Shown: positions 41,361 to 51,225, counted from the stretch's first letter. The stretch: 64,000 nucleotides of DNA from Longimicrobiales bacterium (GCA_965249725.1 CBDFMQ010000002.1:2880001-2944000), one strand, 5' to 3'. Translations and numbers: made by a program. Notes: generated by a model not told the origin, from the sequence alone.

Positions 41361-42743
41361 ATGTTGTCTGAGCTAACGCCCTACAGCCACGATCCCGTGC
41401 GAGGTCGGTTGGCGCCCAAGTTGGCGCGCCTCATGGAGGCGGCCGGCGCCGATCACTGTACTCTGGTCTGGCGCGACGCTGCACACCCGACGGAGTTCCA
41501 CCCCTACCTCACACTTGGGGTCGGTGGAGCCGCGAAGCTAAGGGATCTTCCGCTCGAGCTGGAGCAGACCGCGCGGCGGGAGAGCGTCACGGGGCGACTC
41601 CGAAGCGGCCAGACCCGAGCCAACAAGTGTGCGGGCATGTTCGTGGCCGAGCACGGCGACAGATCGTGGCTGCTGGTCCTCCAATCCCGTGATCGGCTCG
41701 GCGTCGGCCGTGAAGTCGGACGCGAGGTGGAGGTCGCGCTCTGGGGTGCGATCTGGGCGGTGACGCGTCCGCGTCACCTGGAGCCGACGGGCCGCCTGGA
41801 TGCCAGGGACCTACTCAGCGAGGCCGAGGCGGCGGAAGACGAATCGGCGTTCGAAGATGCTCTGAGTCGGTACGATCGGGCCCACGAGGTCTCGCTCGCC
41901 ACCGGAGACTCGGAAGGCGTGATCCTCTCCTCGTGGTATAAGGGACGAGCGCTCCGGAAGCTCGCCCGGTGGGACGAGGCGATGTCCTGGTATACCCGAG
42001 CGCGTGAAATGGCGATCGGAGCGGGCAATCCGGGCCTGGTCGCGTCGGCGACGGTCGGTCTGGCCAACGTGCGCCTCCACAAGGGTGCTCTCGCCGAGGC
42101 GAGGGATCTATATCAAGAGGCTGTGCGAGTTGGGCAGGAGGCGGGCAACGAGCAGGCAGTAGCTCAGGGGTACTTCGGTCTGATGTGGGTGCACGGGGAG
42201 GAGCAAGACTGGCCGTCCGCCACACGAGTCGGATGGCAGGCCTACACCGCCGCCCGCGGACTCCCGGACGAGTGGGACATACTGGTGGCGCTCGGAGGCT
42301 GCTTTCGAATGTCGGGCCGGATGGATGAAGCCAGGTCCTGCAATCTAGTGGCGATGCATGCCGCGCCAATGCCCGAGACGCGCCAGCTCGCCACCTGTAA
42401 TCTGGCCGTGATCTCGGCGCTAGAGGGTGACGAGCAGTCGTACGAAGGCTTCAGTGCACAGATCGACGCAGACAAGATGTCTGCGAGGGGAAGAGTCGAG
42501 GTCCTCATGGAACGCGGCCAGGCGCTTTGCGCTCTCGGCCGGGATGACGAGGGTCGTCAGGCACTCAGGACTGCACTTCGCCAGGCCGAGGACCTGAAAT
42601 TCGGCAAGCTCGTCTTCGATATCGAGTGCTCTCTCGAGCTGGATAGCCCGTGGGAGCCCCTTGTGGGTCCGAATCCCACTCTCCGAGATGCCGAAGATGT
42701 CGAGATCCGGACCCAGCTGGAGTTGATGGCCTCCGAGGTCTAG
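41361..42743 (+). CDS. Cytoplasmic TPR-repeat protein with possible degenerate GAF-like N-terminal domain
   Basis: AGGTGG before ATG 41361 (start uncertain); about 6 TPR-like helix pairs (KGRALRKLARWDEAMSWY; GLANVRLHKGALAEARDLYQEA; RGQALCALGRDDEGRQAL). Confidence 0.85.
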   Translation: MLSELTPYSHDPVRGRLAPKLARLMEAAGADHCTLVWRDAAHPTEFHPYLTLGVGGAAKLRDLPLELEQTARRESVTGRLRSGQTRANKCAGMFVAEHGDRSWLLVLQSRDRLGVGREVGREVEVALWGAIWAVTRPRHLEPTGRLDARDLLSEAEAAEDESAFEDALSRYDRAHEVSLATGDSEGVILSSWYKGRALRKLARWDEAMSWYTRAREMAIGAGNPGLVASATVGLANVRLHKGALAEARDLYQEAVRVGQEAGNEQAVAQGYFGLMWVHGEEQDWPSATRVGWQAYTAARGLPDEWDILVALGGCFRMSGRMDEARSCNLVAMHAAPMPETRQLATCNLAVISALEGDEQSYEGFSAQIDADKMSARGRVEVLMERGQALCALGRDDEGRQALRTALRQAEDLKFGKLVFDIECSLELDSPWEPLVGPNPTLRDAEDVEIRTQLELMASEV

Positions 42744-42750
42744 TCAGTCC

Positions 42751-42888
42751 CTAGGGGCAAGTCCAACCGTTCGGCGTCGGCCAGGGGGGATCACACTCCC
42801 ACGCGGGGTCGACAGGTGTGGTGTTGCACGCGGTCGTCGACAGGCCAGCAACAACCAGGAACATCAGTACGGCGATCAGCTTCTTCAT
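42751..42888 (-). CDS. 45-aa exported peptide precursor with lipoprotein-like signal; not in the ORF track
   Basis: AGGAGG 6 nt before ATG 42888; MKKLIAVLMFLVVAGLSTTACNTTPVDPAWECDPPWPTPNGWTCP*. Confidence 0.82.
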   Translation of the reverse strand: MKKLIAVLMFLVVAGLSTTACNTTPVDPAWECDPPWPTPNGWTCP

Positions 42889-43005
42889 CCTGTGCCTCCT
42901 CGAACACGAGGTGAACGGCCGTCATGGTGAGTCCACCACGGCCAGGCACAAGATGGAGCTATTAAAACACAATAAACAGGATATATTGCAGGTTTTTAGC
43001 TTGAG

Positions 43006-43632
43006 CTAACTATCTGGCGTATCTTGCCGAGCCAACTCCACGAGCGGATCTATGCTCAATCCCAGATCCGCGAGGGTCACGGGGTCCGCCGATTCCGCGT
43101 CGTACCCCGCGGCTCGTTTGTAGGCGAGCCACGCGATCTCGTCGTCGTACCGCATCAGTCCCAAGGATCTGAGGGCACAGGCCGCGTCGTCCGTAATGGC
43201 GATCCACCCCTGGTGTGGGTAGTCCACGGTGAAGGCCGAATCCTGCCGCCACTCCTCGGCGAAGGAGATGAGTCCTTCGCTCAGGGGCGGTAGCTCCCCG
43301 GCTTCCGTCGCAGCCGCGGTTCGCCTCTGTTCATGCAGCCTGAGGAATCGCTCAATCTTGGCGCGGGACGCCGAGTTGGGGCCTCTTTGAGGCCATTGCC
43401 CCTGTCGGTATTGGCGGACGGTCTCGTGGTTGAGCTCGCAGAGTCGCTCCACCTCCAGGTCACTGTAGTCGGCGATGGCCCCGAGGAATCGTCGCCGCAG
43501 AGACTCCGGGTCATGGGGTGTACCAGGTGAGGCCTGAATGGACTCATCACCTAACACAATCTGCCGAATGGCGGTGAGCTTGCGCTCCGCCTCAGTCTCC
43601 GATCGTCGAGCACCGTTCGCGTCATCGCTCAT
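43006..43632 (-). CDS. Putative XRE/phage-repressor-like HTH protein
   Basis: AGAGG RBS; YSDLEVERLCELNHETVRQYRQGQ...PNSASRAKIERFL fits XRE helices 2-5; C-terminal domain unrecognised. Confidence 0.6.
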   Translation of the reverse strand: MSDDANGARRSETEAERKLTAIRQIVLGDESIQASPGTPHDPESLRRRFLGAIADYSDLEVERLCELNHETVRQYRQGQWPQRGPNSASRAKIERFLRLHEQRRTAAATEAGELPPLSEGLISFAEEWRQDSAFTVDYPHQGWIAITDDAACALRSLGLMRYDDEIAWLAYKRAAGYDAESADPVTLADLGLSIDPLVELARQDTPDS

Positions 43633-43834
43633 GAGTGCCTCTCATCTCAGATCACGGGGCCTAGTGGGCCCCATTGTGCACAAGCGGGGGCGGCAGGATC
43701 GTGGCCGCGTGACCCTGCAGGTCAATCTATACCCAAGGCCCTCTTATTTGCACAATAATTGCATGGAACGCACCGACCACGTAACCTGGAGAATGGCCCC
43801 CGTGCCAACGAGGCGTAGGTCCAGGAGCGATGCG

Positions 43835-44251
43835 ATGGACGACAAGACGACGATTCTGGTGATCGAAGACAACAAGGATCACCAGCATCTGATCAAGCTG
43901 GTCCTGGCGAAGGGGCTGCCTCTCGCCCGCGTCGATTGCACCACCGGGGGTGAGGATGCACAGAGCTATCTGCTCGAGCGGGACCCGCCATCGCTGATCG
44001 TCCTCGACCACTGGCTGCCCGGGATGAGCGGCATCGATCTTCTCAAGTGGCTCGCCTCCCAAGAGCAACTGGCGGACATTCCAGTCATCATGTTCACGAG
44101 TTCCCAAGACGCCAGACACGCCCAGCAAGCCTATGCGCTGGGCGTGCGCCGGTACCTCGTGAAGCCCAATGACTTCAAGGAACTGGTCGGCGAGATCAAG
44201 GACACGCTGGACCATTGGGTCGACCCCGAGGTCGGCTCCGCCGAAGCGTAG
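43835..44251 (+). CDS. Single-domain response regulator (CheY-like receiver)
   Basis: AGGAG RBS; ILVIEDN, IVLDHWLPGMSG, IPVIMFTSS, YLVKP. Confidence 0.92.
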   Translation: MDDKTTILVIEDNKDHQHLIKLVLAKGLPLARVDCTTGGEDAQSYLLERDPPSLIVLDHWLPGMSGIDLLKWLASQEQLADIPVIMFTSSQDARHAQQAYALGVRRYLVKPNDFKELVGEIKDTLDHWVDPEVGSAEA

Positions 44252-44302
44252 GTCGCCGGCAGGAAGTCCACTCCGACCAATCAGCGACGATGGCACGCGG
44301 AA

Positions 44303-45937
44303 TCACGACTGGGGCGGCGTCCCCTTTCGTGGAACACGCTCATCACTCATCGCCGCGTGGTACACGAAGGTGGCCATGATGACCGCATTCTTCATCAGGT
44401 CCTCGACGGGGATGGTATCGAAGAAGTCCATGTTGGTGTGACCACCGGTGCCACCCACGCGGGCCTGCAAGAACTGGAAGCCCGGAAGGCCCACCGCGTT
44501 GAATGGAACGTGGTCCGTACTCCCACGACTCTGCACCGAGATCGTGTTCAGCCCCATGTCCCGCAGGGGCTCCATCCACGCCGCGAAGGTCTGCCGAACA
44601 TGCTCGTTGCCCTCGAGGAAGATCCCCCGGTACACGCCGGGTCCGTAGTCCTGGTTGAAGTACACGGAGAACTTCTCGTAGTCGGAAGTGATCCCCACGC
44701 CGGGGTCACCGGGATCTCCGAAGTGCTCCTTCACGTAGGCACGCGATCCCCATAGGCCCTGCTCCTCACCGGACCACAGCGCGATACGGATCGTGCGCCT
44801 GGGCTGAGCACCGACCGCCTTGAGGATGCGCATGGCCTCGAGCATGACGGCCACCCCGGAGGTGTTGTCACTCGCGTTGGGACTGGCGTGCCACGTGTCG
44901 AAGTGCGCACCGAGCATCACCACCTCGTCGGCGAGGTCGCCGCCCCGGATCTCACCCACCACGTTGTTCGCCTCGCTGACCCGCTCTCCGTGGGTGTTAC
45001 GGACCTCGACTTCGATTTCGACCGGTATGTCCCGCTTGAGGATGCGGTACATGCGGTTGTAGTGCTCGGGCGTGACGGCAACGACCGGTACCGAAGAGAG
45101 CGTTACGTCGCGCGCCCAACGATCGATCTTGGCGCCGGGCCGTGCGAAGCCTCGAACCGCACCCGGCCAACCACTCCGCGACTCGAGGACGACCGCCACA
45201 CCCTCGGCCACATAGAACAGCAGGCGCTCCTCCGCCGTGAGGATGTTCGGATTGCGCGGGGGATCGGGATAGAGCCTTGAGAAATGATCGTCCGGGCTCG
45301 CGGCCGGAAGCACCACGTCCTCCTCCAACGCACGAAGCTCGTCGTCGGTGCGTCGAGGCGTGCCATTGGCGATCCGCTCCAGATCGATCCGAGGCGGCGG
45401 ACTGCTGAGCACGGCCAGTCCGCGCAGCCGGCCGCGGTAGCGTTCGAGATCCTGCCGCGTCTGCACGTCGGCGATCACGACCTCGAGCCGCTGCTTCCCG
45501 TCGGTACTCGGCGTGTGGGCGATCGGGTAGCCGACCATGGGCGTGTAGTCCGGCTCCATGAGGTGCAAGGAGACGTACTCGTTGTCCCAGCTCACGCCGT
45601 AGTCCATGAACGGCTCGCGCGCCGTGTTGACGAGTCCGATCTCCCTCATCTCACCCAGCACCCAGTCCTGCGCCCGATCCATGTCACGAGAATTCGTGAG
45701 ACGGGCGCCCAGAACGTCGGTCATGTAAGAGAACGTGTTCGGAAGCTGTGAGCGCTGGAGTCCTTCTTCACGAATGCGGGCGACCATGGCGAAATCGACT
45801 GGCGTGACACCGCCGGCCTGGCCAACGCCCGCTCTGGACTGGGCCGCCAGGTGGGACCATTCGAACGGAGCTGCGGCAATCGCGAAGACGGCGATCAGGC
45901 CGGCACCGACCACCAGTGTGCGGACAGAGTTCTTCAT
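44303..45937 (-). CDS. Secreted M28-family peptidase
   Basis: VMLGAHFDTWH, ASDNTSGVA, WSGEEQGLWGS, STDHVPF, HTNMD. Confidence 0.9.
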   Translation of the reverse strand: MKNSVRTLVVGAGLIAVFAIAAAPFEWSHLAAQSRAGVGQAGGVTPVDFAMVARIREEGLQRSQLPNTFSYMTDVLGARLTNSRDMDRAQDWVLGEMREIGLVNTAREPFMDYGVSWDNEYVSLHLMEPDYTPMVGYPIAHTPSTDGKQRLEVVIADVQTRQDLERYRGRLRGLAVLSSPPPRIDLERIANGTPRRTDDELRALEEDVVLPAASPDDHFSRLYPDPPRNPNILTAEERLLFYVAEGVAVVLESRSGWPGAVRGFARPGAKIDRWARDVTLSSVPVVAVTPEHYNRMYRILKRDIPVEIEVEVRNTHGERVSEANNVVGEIRGGDLADEVVMLGAHFDTWHASPNASDNTSGVAVMLEAMRILKAVGAQPRRTIRIALWSGEEQGLWGSRAYVKEHFGDPGDPGVGITSDYEKFSVYFNQDYGPGVYRGIFLEGNEHVRQTFAAWMEPLRDMGLNTISVQSRGSTDHVPFNAVGLPGFQFLQARVGGTGGHTNMDFFDTIPVEDLMKNAVIMATFVYHAAMSDERVPRKGTPPQS

Positions 45938-45989
45938 CGTGAATCGCCTCGTGTTCTGTAGATGTGCTCTTCGAACATGTGCTCTCCCA

Positions 45990-47237
45990 CTAGGCGCTGT
46001 TGAGCGCCGCGGCGAGCCGGTCGACGTCCTCATTGGTGTTGTAGATCGCCGGTGACACGCGCACCCGGCTCTCCGACAGGCCCACCACCACCCCGGCCGT
46101 TGCCAGGGGCTCTTCGAGGCGCGGAGCATGCGGCACGCGGAAGGTGACGATAGGGGCGATGTCGGCGTGATGCGAGATGGAGGGATAGCGGTCCGGATCG
46201 ACACTCTCGAGCAACCGGGCATTCAGAGCGACCGAATGGGCCTGCAGCGCCTCCACCCCGATCGAGGTGACGAACTTCAGGCCCTCGTAGAGCGCCGCAT
46301 ATCCGATATAGCTGGGATGCCCCGGCTCGTACCGGCTCGCGTCTTGGGGTAGGCTGATTCTGATGGGCGTCTCACCCGGCTCCGCCGCGTCAGTCCAGGG
46401 CTCGTAACGCAACTGGGCCCGTCCGGGAAACGTATTGTCCACCAAGGCGCTCCCCTGCCGGTTGCTGCGAACATAGAGGAAGCCCGAGCCGTGGGTCCCA
46501 TAGAGCCACTTGTATCCGTTGCAGGCCGCGAAATCGACCCCGCTCGCAGAGAGGTCGAGGGGTACGATGCCGGCCGACTGGATGATGTCTGCGTACAGCA
46601 GGGCACCGTGTGCATGCGCGATGTCGGCCAACGCTCGGAGATCGGCCACGTGCCCGTTGATGTTCGATACGTGGCTGACGGCAATCAGACGGGTGTCGTC
46701 GTCCACCAAAGTGGCGATCACTTCGGACCGCACCTGCCAGTCGACGGCCCGCGCCACACGCACGTCCCAGCCTGCTCTCCTCAGCCCCTCGTAGTTGTGT
46801 AGAGAGCCGGCGAAGTGGAGATCGTCGGTCACGATATTGCCCTCAGGGAGGCCCACGAGCCGATCGAGAATCAACTGCTCTCCCGCCTTCGTGTTGTTGA
46901 CGAGGGCGATCTCCCCAGGCTCGGCACCCACCAGATCGCCGAACAGGATCTTGATCTCGGACATGACCTCGGAGAAGTAGGCGGCCTCAGGACCGCCCGG
47001 CCCCTTCTGCCAGAACTCCATGAAACGACGTGCTCCGTCGGCGGCAAAGTCGCCCATCGGAGTGCCACCCGCGCCGTTCAGGAACCGCTGGTCCCTGAGC
47101 CGAGGGAATCGGTCGCGGACGGACGCCTGGGCCGCCTCGTGCGATAGCGCCCACGACTCGGTGGCCAGCAGTCCACTCACTTGGGCGCCTCCGACGAGCC
47201 CGAGCGCCATGAAATCTCGACGATCCATCATCCTCAT
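45990..47237 (-). CDS. Tat-exported class V PLP-dependent aminotransferase
   Basis: DRRDFM; VSHVSNING; ADIIQSAG; CNGYKWLYG; RVSPAIYN. Confidence 0.88.
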   Translation of the reverse strand: MRMMDRRDFMALGLVGGAQVSGLLATESWALSHEAAQASVRDRFPRLRDQRFLNGAGGTPMGDFAADGARRFMEFWQKGPGGPEAAYFSEVMSEIKILFGDLVGAEPGEIALVNNTKAGEQLILDRLVGLPEGNIVTDDLHFAGSLHNYEGLRRAGWDVRVARAVDWQVRSEVIATLVDDDTRLIAVSHVSNINGHVADLRALADIAHAHGALLYADIIQSAGIVPLDLSASGVDFAACNGYKWLYGTHGSGFLYVRSNRQGSALVDNTFPGRAQLRYEPWTDAAEPGETPIRISLPQDASRYEPGHPSYIGYAALYEGLKFVTSIGVEALQAHSVALNARLLESVDPDRYPSISHHADIAPIVTFRVPHAPRLEEPLATAGVVVGLSESRVRVSPAIYNTNEDVDRLAAALNSA

Positions 47238-47305
47238 TCCTCCCTGCCAATCATTGATTCCGGCATCTTCCCGGTCGGTCCGGCATGACCAAGGTCACGT
47301 GCGGT

Positions 47306-48574
47306 TCATCGACCGTAGCGGTCGTACGGCACCAGCCGTCCCCCCGCCTGAATCCGCGCGGAGGTCTCCTCCATGCCTCGCATCGCCCGCAGCAGGTTCA
47401 GACCGGCGATCTGCTTGAGCTCATCCTCGGTGTAGCCTCGGCGGAGAAGCTCGGCGAACAACACCGGATACGTTGTGAGGTCCTCCAGGCCTACCGCCAT
47501 CGCGTCGGGGGCGTCCGTGTAGTAGTCCGAACCGATCCCGATGTGATCCACGCCTGATACGTCCCGGATGTTGTCGATATGGTTCGCGACGTCGGCCACT
47601 GTTCCCCTCGGCTTCGGGTTCCGAGTGTCCCAATCCGCGAGGCGTCGGTCGATCTCGGCCGCGTCATTCAGTTCCGCCCGGAGGCGCTCGGCTTCGGCGA
47701 GCCGATCCGCCACCCAAGCGGGGGCGTCGGGAGCGACGAAATCCGCGATGAAGTTGACCATCACCACACCGCCGTTGGCGGGCATCAAGGCAAGCACGTC
47801 ATCCGGGACGTTGCGCGGGTGGGGGTTCAAGGCCCGGGAGCTCGAGTGCGAGAAGATCACGGGCGCCTCCGTGACCCGCAGCGCGTCCTTCATCGCCTCG
47901 GCACTGACATGCGAAATGTCGATGAACATGCCGATCCGGTTCATCTCTCTCACGATCTCTTCGCCCAACTCACTGAGTCCGTTGTGGATGGGGTAGTCCG
48001 TCGTGGCATCGGCCCAATCGTTGGTCGCGCTGTGCGTGAGCGTCATATAGCGGACGCCCAGTTGGTGGAACATCCGCAGAGCAGACAGGGAGTTCTGGAT
48101 CGCGTGGCCACCCTCGAACCCGATGAGCGATGCGATGCGCCCCTCCCCATGGATGCGCTCGATGTCATCCGCAGTGGTGGCGAACTCGAGGTCGTCCGGG
48201 TATCGCTCCACGATGCGGTGGACCATATCGATGGAGCGGAGCGCGTGCCGGAGCGATGCGCCCGTCCGCATCGAATCGACGGCGACGTAGGCGGACCAGA
48301 ACTGCGCGCCCACTTGTCCCTGTCTCAGACGTGGAATGTCGGCCGAGAGGCGCGGCGCGGTCTCGTTCAGATCGACTCGACCCGCGTCGCCCGCGAGCAC
48401 TTCCTGGATGCTGTACACCAGGTCGTTGTGCGTGTCGATGAGGGGGACTTCTGCGAGGAGCGCCCTCGCAGTGGCGAGCAGCGCGGGGTCCGGTGGATCC
48501 CAACGCTCCTGGGCCCACACATCGGAGCCGGTCACGCCAGACAATACGAGAGCGAGGAGAACCATACGTAGCAT
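47306..48574 (-). CDS. Secreted M19 membrane dipeptidase
   Basis: IDTHND, GAQFWSAY, GFEGGH, YMTLTH, DISH, IFSHS, GIGSDY. Confidence 0.92.
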   Translation of the reverse strand: MLRMVLLALVLSGVTGSDVWAQERWDPPDPALLATARALLAEVPLIDTHNDLVYSIQEVLAGDAGRVDLNETAPRLSADIPRLRQGQVGAQFWSAYVAVDSMRTGASLRHALRSIDMVHRIVERYPDDLEFATTADDIERIHGEGRIASLIGFEGGHAIQNSLSALRMFHQLGVRYMTLTHSATNDWADATTDYPIHNGLSELGEEIVREMNRIGMFIDISHVSAEAMKDALRVTEAPVIFSHSSSRALNPHPRNVPDDVLALMPANGGVVMVNFIADFVAPDAPAWVADRLAEAERLRAELNDAAEIDRRLADWDTRNPKPRGTVADVANHIDNIRDVSGVDHIGIGSDYYTDAPDAMAVGLEDLTTYPVLFAELLRRGYTEDELKQIAGLNLLRAMRGMEETSARIQAGGRLVPYDRYGR

Positions 48575-48779
48575 GCCGACCTCCAATGCCGAGAACAGGG
48601 CTGGTCGGGGATAGTCCTCCTGATGCGATCCGGTGTCAAACGGGGAACCGAGTCGGAGAAGCGGATGACTGAGCAGACGCATCTTGGACCCCAAATATCG
48701 ATCGTCTGAGCCGGCTCCGTCGGAGGGCGTCCGGGTCAACCGCGCTGGCGCACCACCGCGGTCTCTCCCATAGTGGCGC

Positions 48780-49829
48780 ATGATGCTCGATCATCCGCGG
48801 ATCCTGTCATTAGCCACCGCCCACCCCTCTCACGTTCTCGATCAAGGGCAGGTGGCACAGGCCGCGGGAGGGCTCTTCTCCAACGATTTTTCTGACTTCA
48901 GCCGTCTGGCACCCATCTTCGAGCATGCCGGCATCGAGACACGCCATTCCTGTGTGCCGCTCGAGTGGTACCTCGAACCGCACGACTTCGCCGAGAGGAA
49001 CCGGATCTACCTCGAGAATGCCGTCGATCTCCTGGAGCGGGTCACCGTGGACTGCCTGGGTGAAGCAGGACTGGACGCCACCGAGATCGACATGATTGTC
49101 ACCGTGTCCAGCTCGGGCATCGCAACGCCAAGCCTGGACGCACTCCTCATGGCCCGGATGCCCTTTCGGCGAGATATCGGCCGCCTACCGATCTTCGGCC
49201 TCGGCTGCGCAGGCGGCGTCTTGGGGATGTCCAGGGCCGCGGCACTCTCACAGGCCAATCCCGGATCCCGCATCCTGTTCCTGGTGGTGGAGCTGTGCGG
49301 CCTCACCTTCCGCCATGGCGACCGCTCCAAGAGCAATGTCGTGGCGACGTCGCTCTTCGGTGACGGAGCTGGGGGAGCCATCCTCTCGAGTGAGGGCGAT
49401 GGACCTGCCATGACGGGTTGGGGCGAGCACTGCTTTCCCGAATCGTTGGACGTGATGGGTTGGGACGTGAGCAACGACGGGCTGTCGGTGCTGTTCTCAC
49501 GGCACATCCCGACCATCGTTCGAGACGAGATGGGGCCCGTCGCGCGCGCCTTTCTCGAGAGCCACGGTCTCGCCCTCGAGGACGTTTCCAGGTTCGTCTG
49601 TCACCCGGGCGGCGCGAAGGTCATCGACGCGCTCGAAGAGATCTTCGAATTACACGAAGGCGGGCTCACCGACAGCCGGGCGGTTCTGCGCGATCACGGC
49701 AACATGTCGGCCGCCACGGTCATGTTCGTGCTCGAGCACGCGCTGAACGATGGGGCCCGGGGACACCTTCTGCTGTCTTCTCTGGGCCCTGGCTTCACGG
49801 CCGCATTCGCGCTCGTTGATGCTCCCTGA
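48780..49829 (+). CDS. Type III polyketide synthase (BpsA/SrsA-like)
   Basis: Cys-His-Asn triad motifs GLGCAGG, HPGG, GNMS; LFGDG; GPGF. Confidence 0.93.
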   Translation: MMLDHPRILSLATAHPSHVLDQGQVAQAAGGLFSNDFSDFSRLAPIFEHAGIETRHSCVPLEWYLEPHDFAERNRIYLENAVDLLERVTVDCLGEAGLDATEIDMIVTVSSSGIATPSLDALLMARMPFRRDIGRLPIFGLGCAGGVLGMSRAAALSQANPGSRILFLVVELCGLTFRHGDRSKSNVVATSLFGDGAGGAILSSEGDGPAMTGWGEHCFPESLDVMGWDVSNDGLSVLFSRHIPTIVRDEMGPVARAFLESHGLALEDVSRFVCHPGGAKVIDALEEIFELHEGGLTDSRAVLRDHGNMSAATVMFVLEHALNDGARGHLLLSSLGPGFTAAFALVDAP

Positions 49830-49831
49830 CC

Positions 49832-50329
49832 GTGGGCGTCGTTGAATGGACCGTTGCGGTCGTAGGACTCCAACGCCTGGCCGAGCTGGGTTGGTCGCGG
49901 AGTAACGAGCAGGCACTCTTCGCCCGTGGTGCGGTCGAGGTCGGTGCCCGGCACTACCCATTCATTGTCCTACTCCACACGGGGTGGCTGCTCGCCATCC
50001 TCGGGTTCGCTCCGAGGAGCGGGGTGCACACCACATTGCTCGCCGCGTTCGTGGTCCTCCAGGTGCTGCGTCTGTGGATCATCACCACGCTGGGACCGTA
50101 TTGGACGACGCGGGTGCTCACGGTGGCCGATGCCCCTCGGGTACGCCGCGGACCCTACCGATGGCTCGATCATCCCAACTACTGGGTCGTAGTGGGCGAG
50201 ATCGCGCTGCTGCCGGCCGCCTTCGGCGCCTACACCATCGCCGTCGTCTTTTCGGTGCTGAACGCCATCCTGCTCCTACATCGCATTCGAGTAGAGGAGA
50301 AGGCACTGGAAGAGCGCCGGGAGGAGTAG
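49832..50329 (+). CDS. ICMT-family methyltransferase (BpsB/SrsB-like)
   Basis: QRLAEL...GAVEVGARHY...LGPYWTTRV...GPYRWLDHPNY...RIRVEE. Confidence 0.9.
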   Translation: MGVVEWTVAVVGLQRLAELGWSRSNEQALFARGAVEVGARHYPFIVLLHTGWLLAILGFAPRSGVHTTLLAAFVVLQVLRLWIITTLGPYWTTRVLTVADAPRVRRGPYRWLDHPNYWVVVGEIALLPAAFGAYTIAVVFSVLNAILLLHRIRVEEKALEERREE

Positions 50330-50368
50330 GGCGGGGGCGGCAGATGGCTTGAGGAGAATCCGCCCCAC

Positions 50369-50614
50369 TTACAGACCGATCCCCGAGATGTTGCTCGCCA
50401 CCAGCGTGAAGATCTGGCCCTCTCCGGCGATCATCTCCAGGCGGGTCGTGAACTCGTCACCGTCGCTCTGAGAGAAAGTGACGCGGATGATCGTGCTGCC
50501 TGATTCGTAGGACAGGAAGGACCCTGATGCCAGCGGGGCCTCCTCCACGGAGGAGCGCATCCAGAGAAGCGCCGCTGCTATCACGAGCACGACGCCGAGG
50601 ATCTTGGGATTCAT
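50369..50614 (-). CDS. Small hypothetical exported or anchored protein
   Basis: N-terminal hydrophobic helix; starts 3 nt after the upstream stop. Confidence 0.55.
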   Translation of the reverse strand: MNPKILGVVLVIAAALLWMRSSVEEAPLASGSFLSYESGSTIIRVTFSQSDGDEFTTRLEMIAGEGQIFTLVASNISGIGL

Positions 50615-50617
50615 GGG

Positions 50618-51103
50618 CTACTTCCCTCCCGGGCAGGGCCTGCGTGCGTAGCGAACCGCGAAGGCCGGCTCGGACGCGGTGGCCTCCGCATACACGTTCG
50701 CGACCAGTGAGTCCGGCGGTACGCGTACGTATTCGATAGCCTGTGGGAAGTCGTGCTCGGGGTTCTCGAATCGCACGACATCGGGGGACGCACCCGTGGC
50801 CCCGAAGTCCGCAGGGTTCTGCCCCGACGGGTGGGCGGAATAGGTGAGGGTGCCGTCCTTCGTGTGGAGAACCACGAGCTCGTATCCGCGGGCGGAGCCG
50901 TCCCGCACGCTCCGCGACATCGCCACCATCATACCCCCTCGGGGCTCCATCCAGACCTCGTCCTGACGAGCGCTACCGCTCTCGGCCACCCAGCAGCCGG
51001 CCAGCCATGAGGCGACCTCCACGTCGGCTTGAGCGTGGGCGACGATTGGCCAGGCGACACTCGCCAGAAGCGCCGCCGACATGTACGCGAGGAATCGGGA
51101 CAA
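50618..51103 (-). CDS. Secreted DUF6265-like protein
   Basis: SWLAGCW...EVWMEPRGGMM...FENPEHDFPQAIEY; start uncertain. Confidence 0.75.
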   Translation of the reverse strand: MSRFLAYMSAALLASVAWPIVAHAQADVEVASWLAGCWVAESGSARQDEVWMEPRGGMMVAMSRSVRDGSARGYELVVLHTKDGTLTYSAHPSGQNPADFGATGASPDVVRFENPEHDFPQAIEYVRVPPDSLVANVYAEATASEPAFAVRYARRPCPGGK

Positions 51104-51225
51104 GTGAACTCTCGAACGAGGGTGGCAGAGGGTCCTAGGCGTCACGCTCACGATAGACCCCCGGCACGATCTCGCAACACCCTCCTCTAGCTTCCACACG
51201 ACTCACCAACCCATTACCCTCAAGC

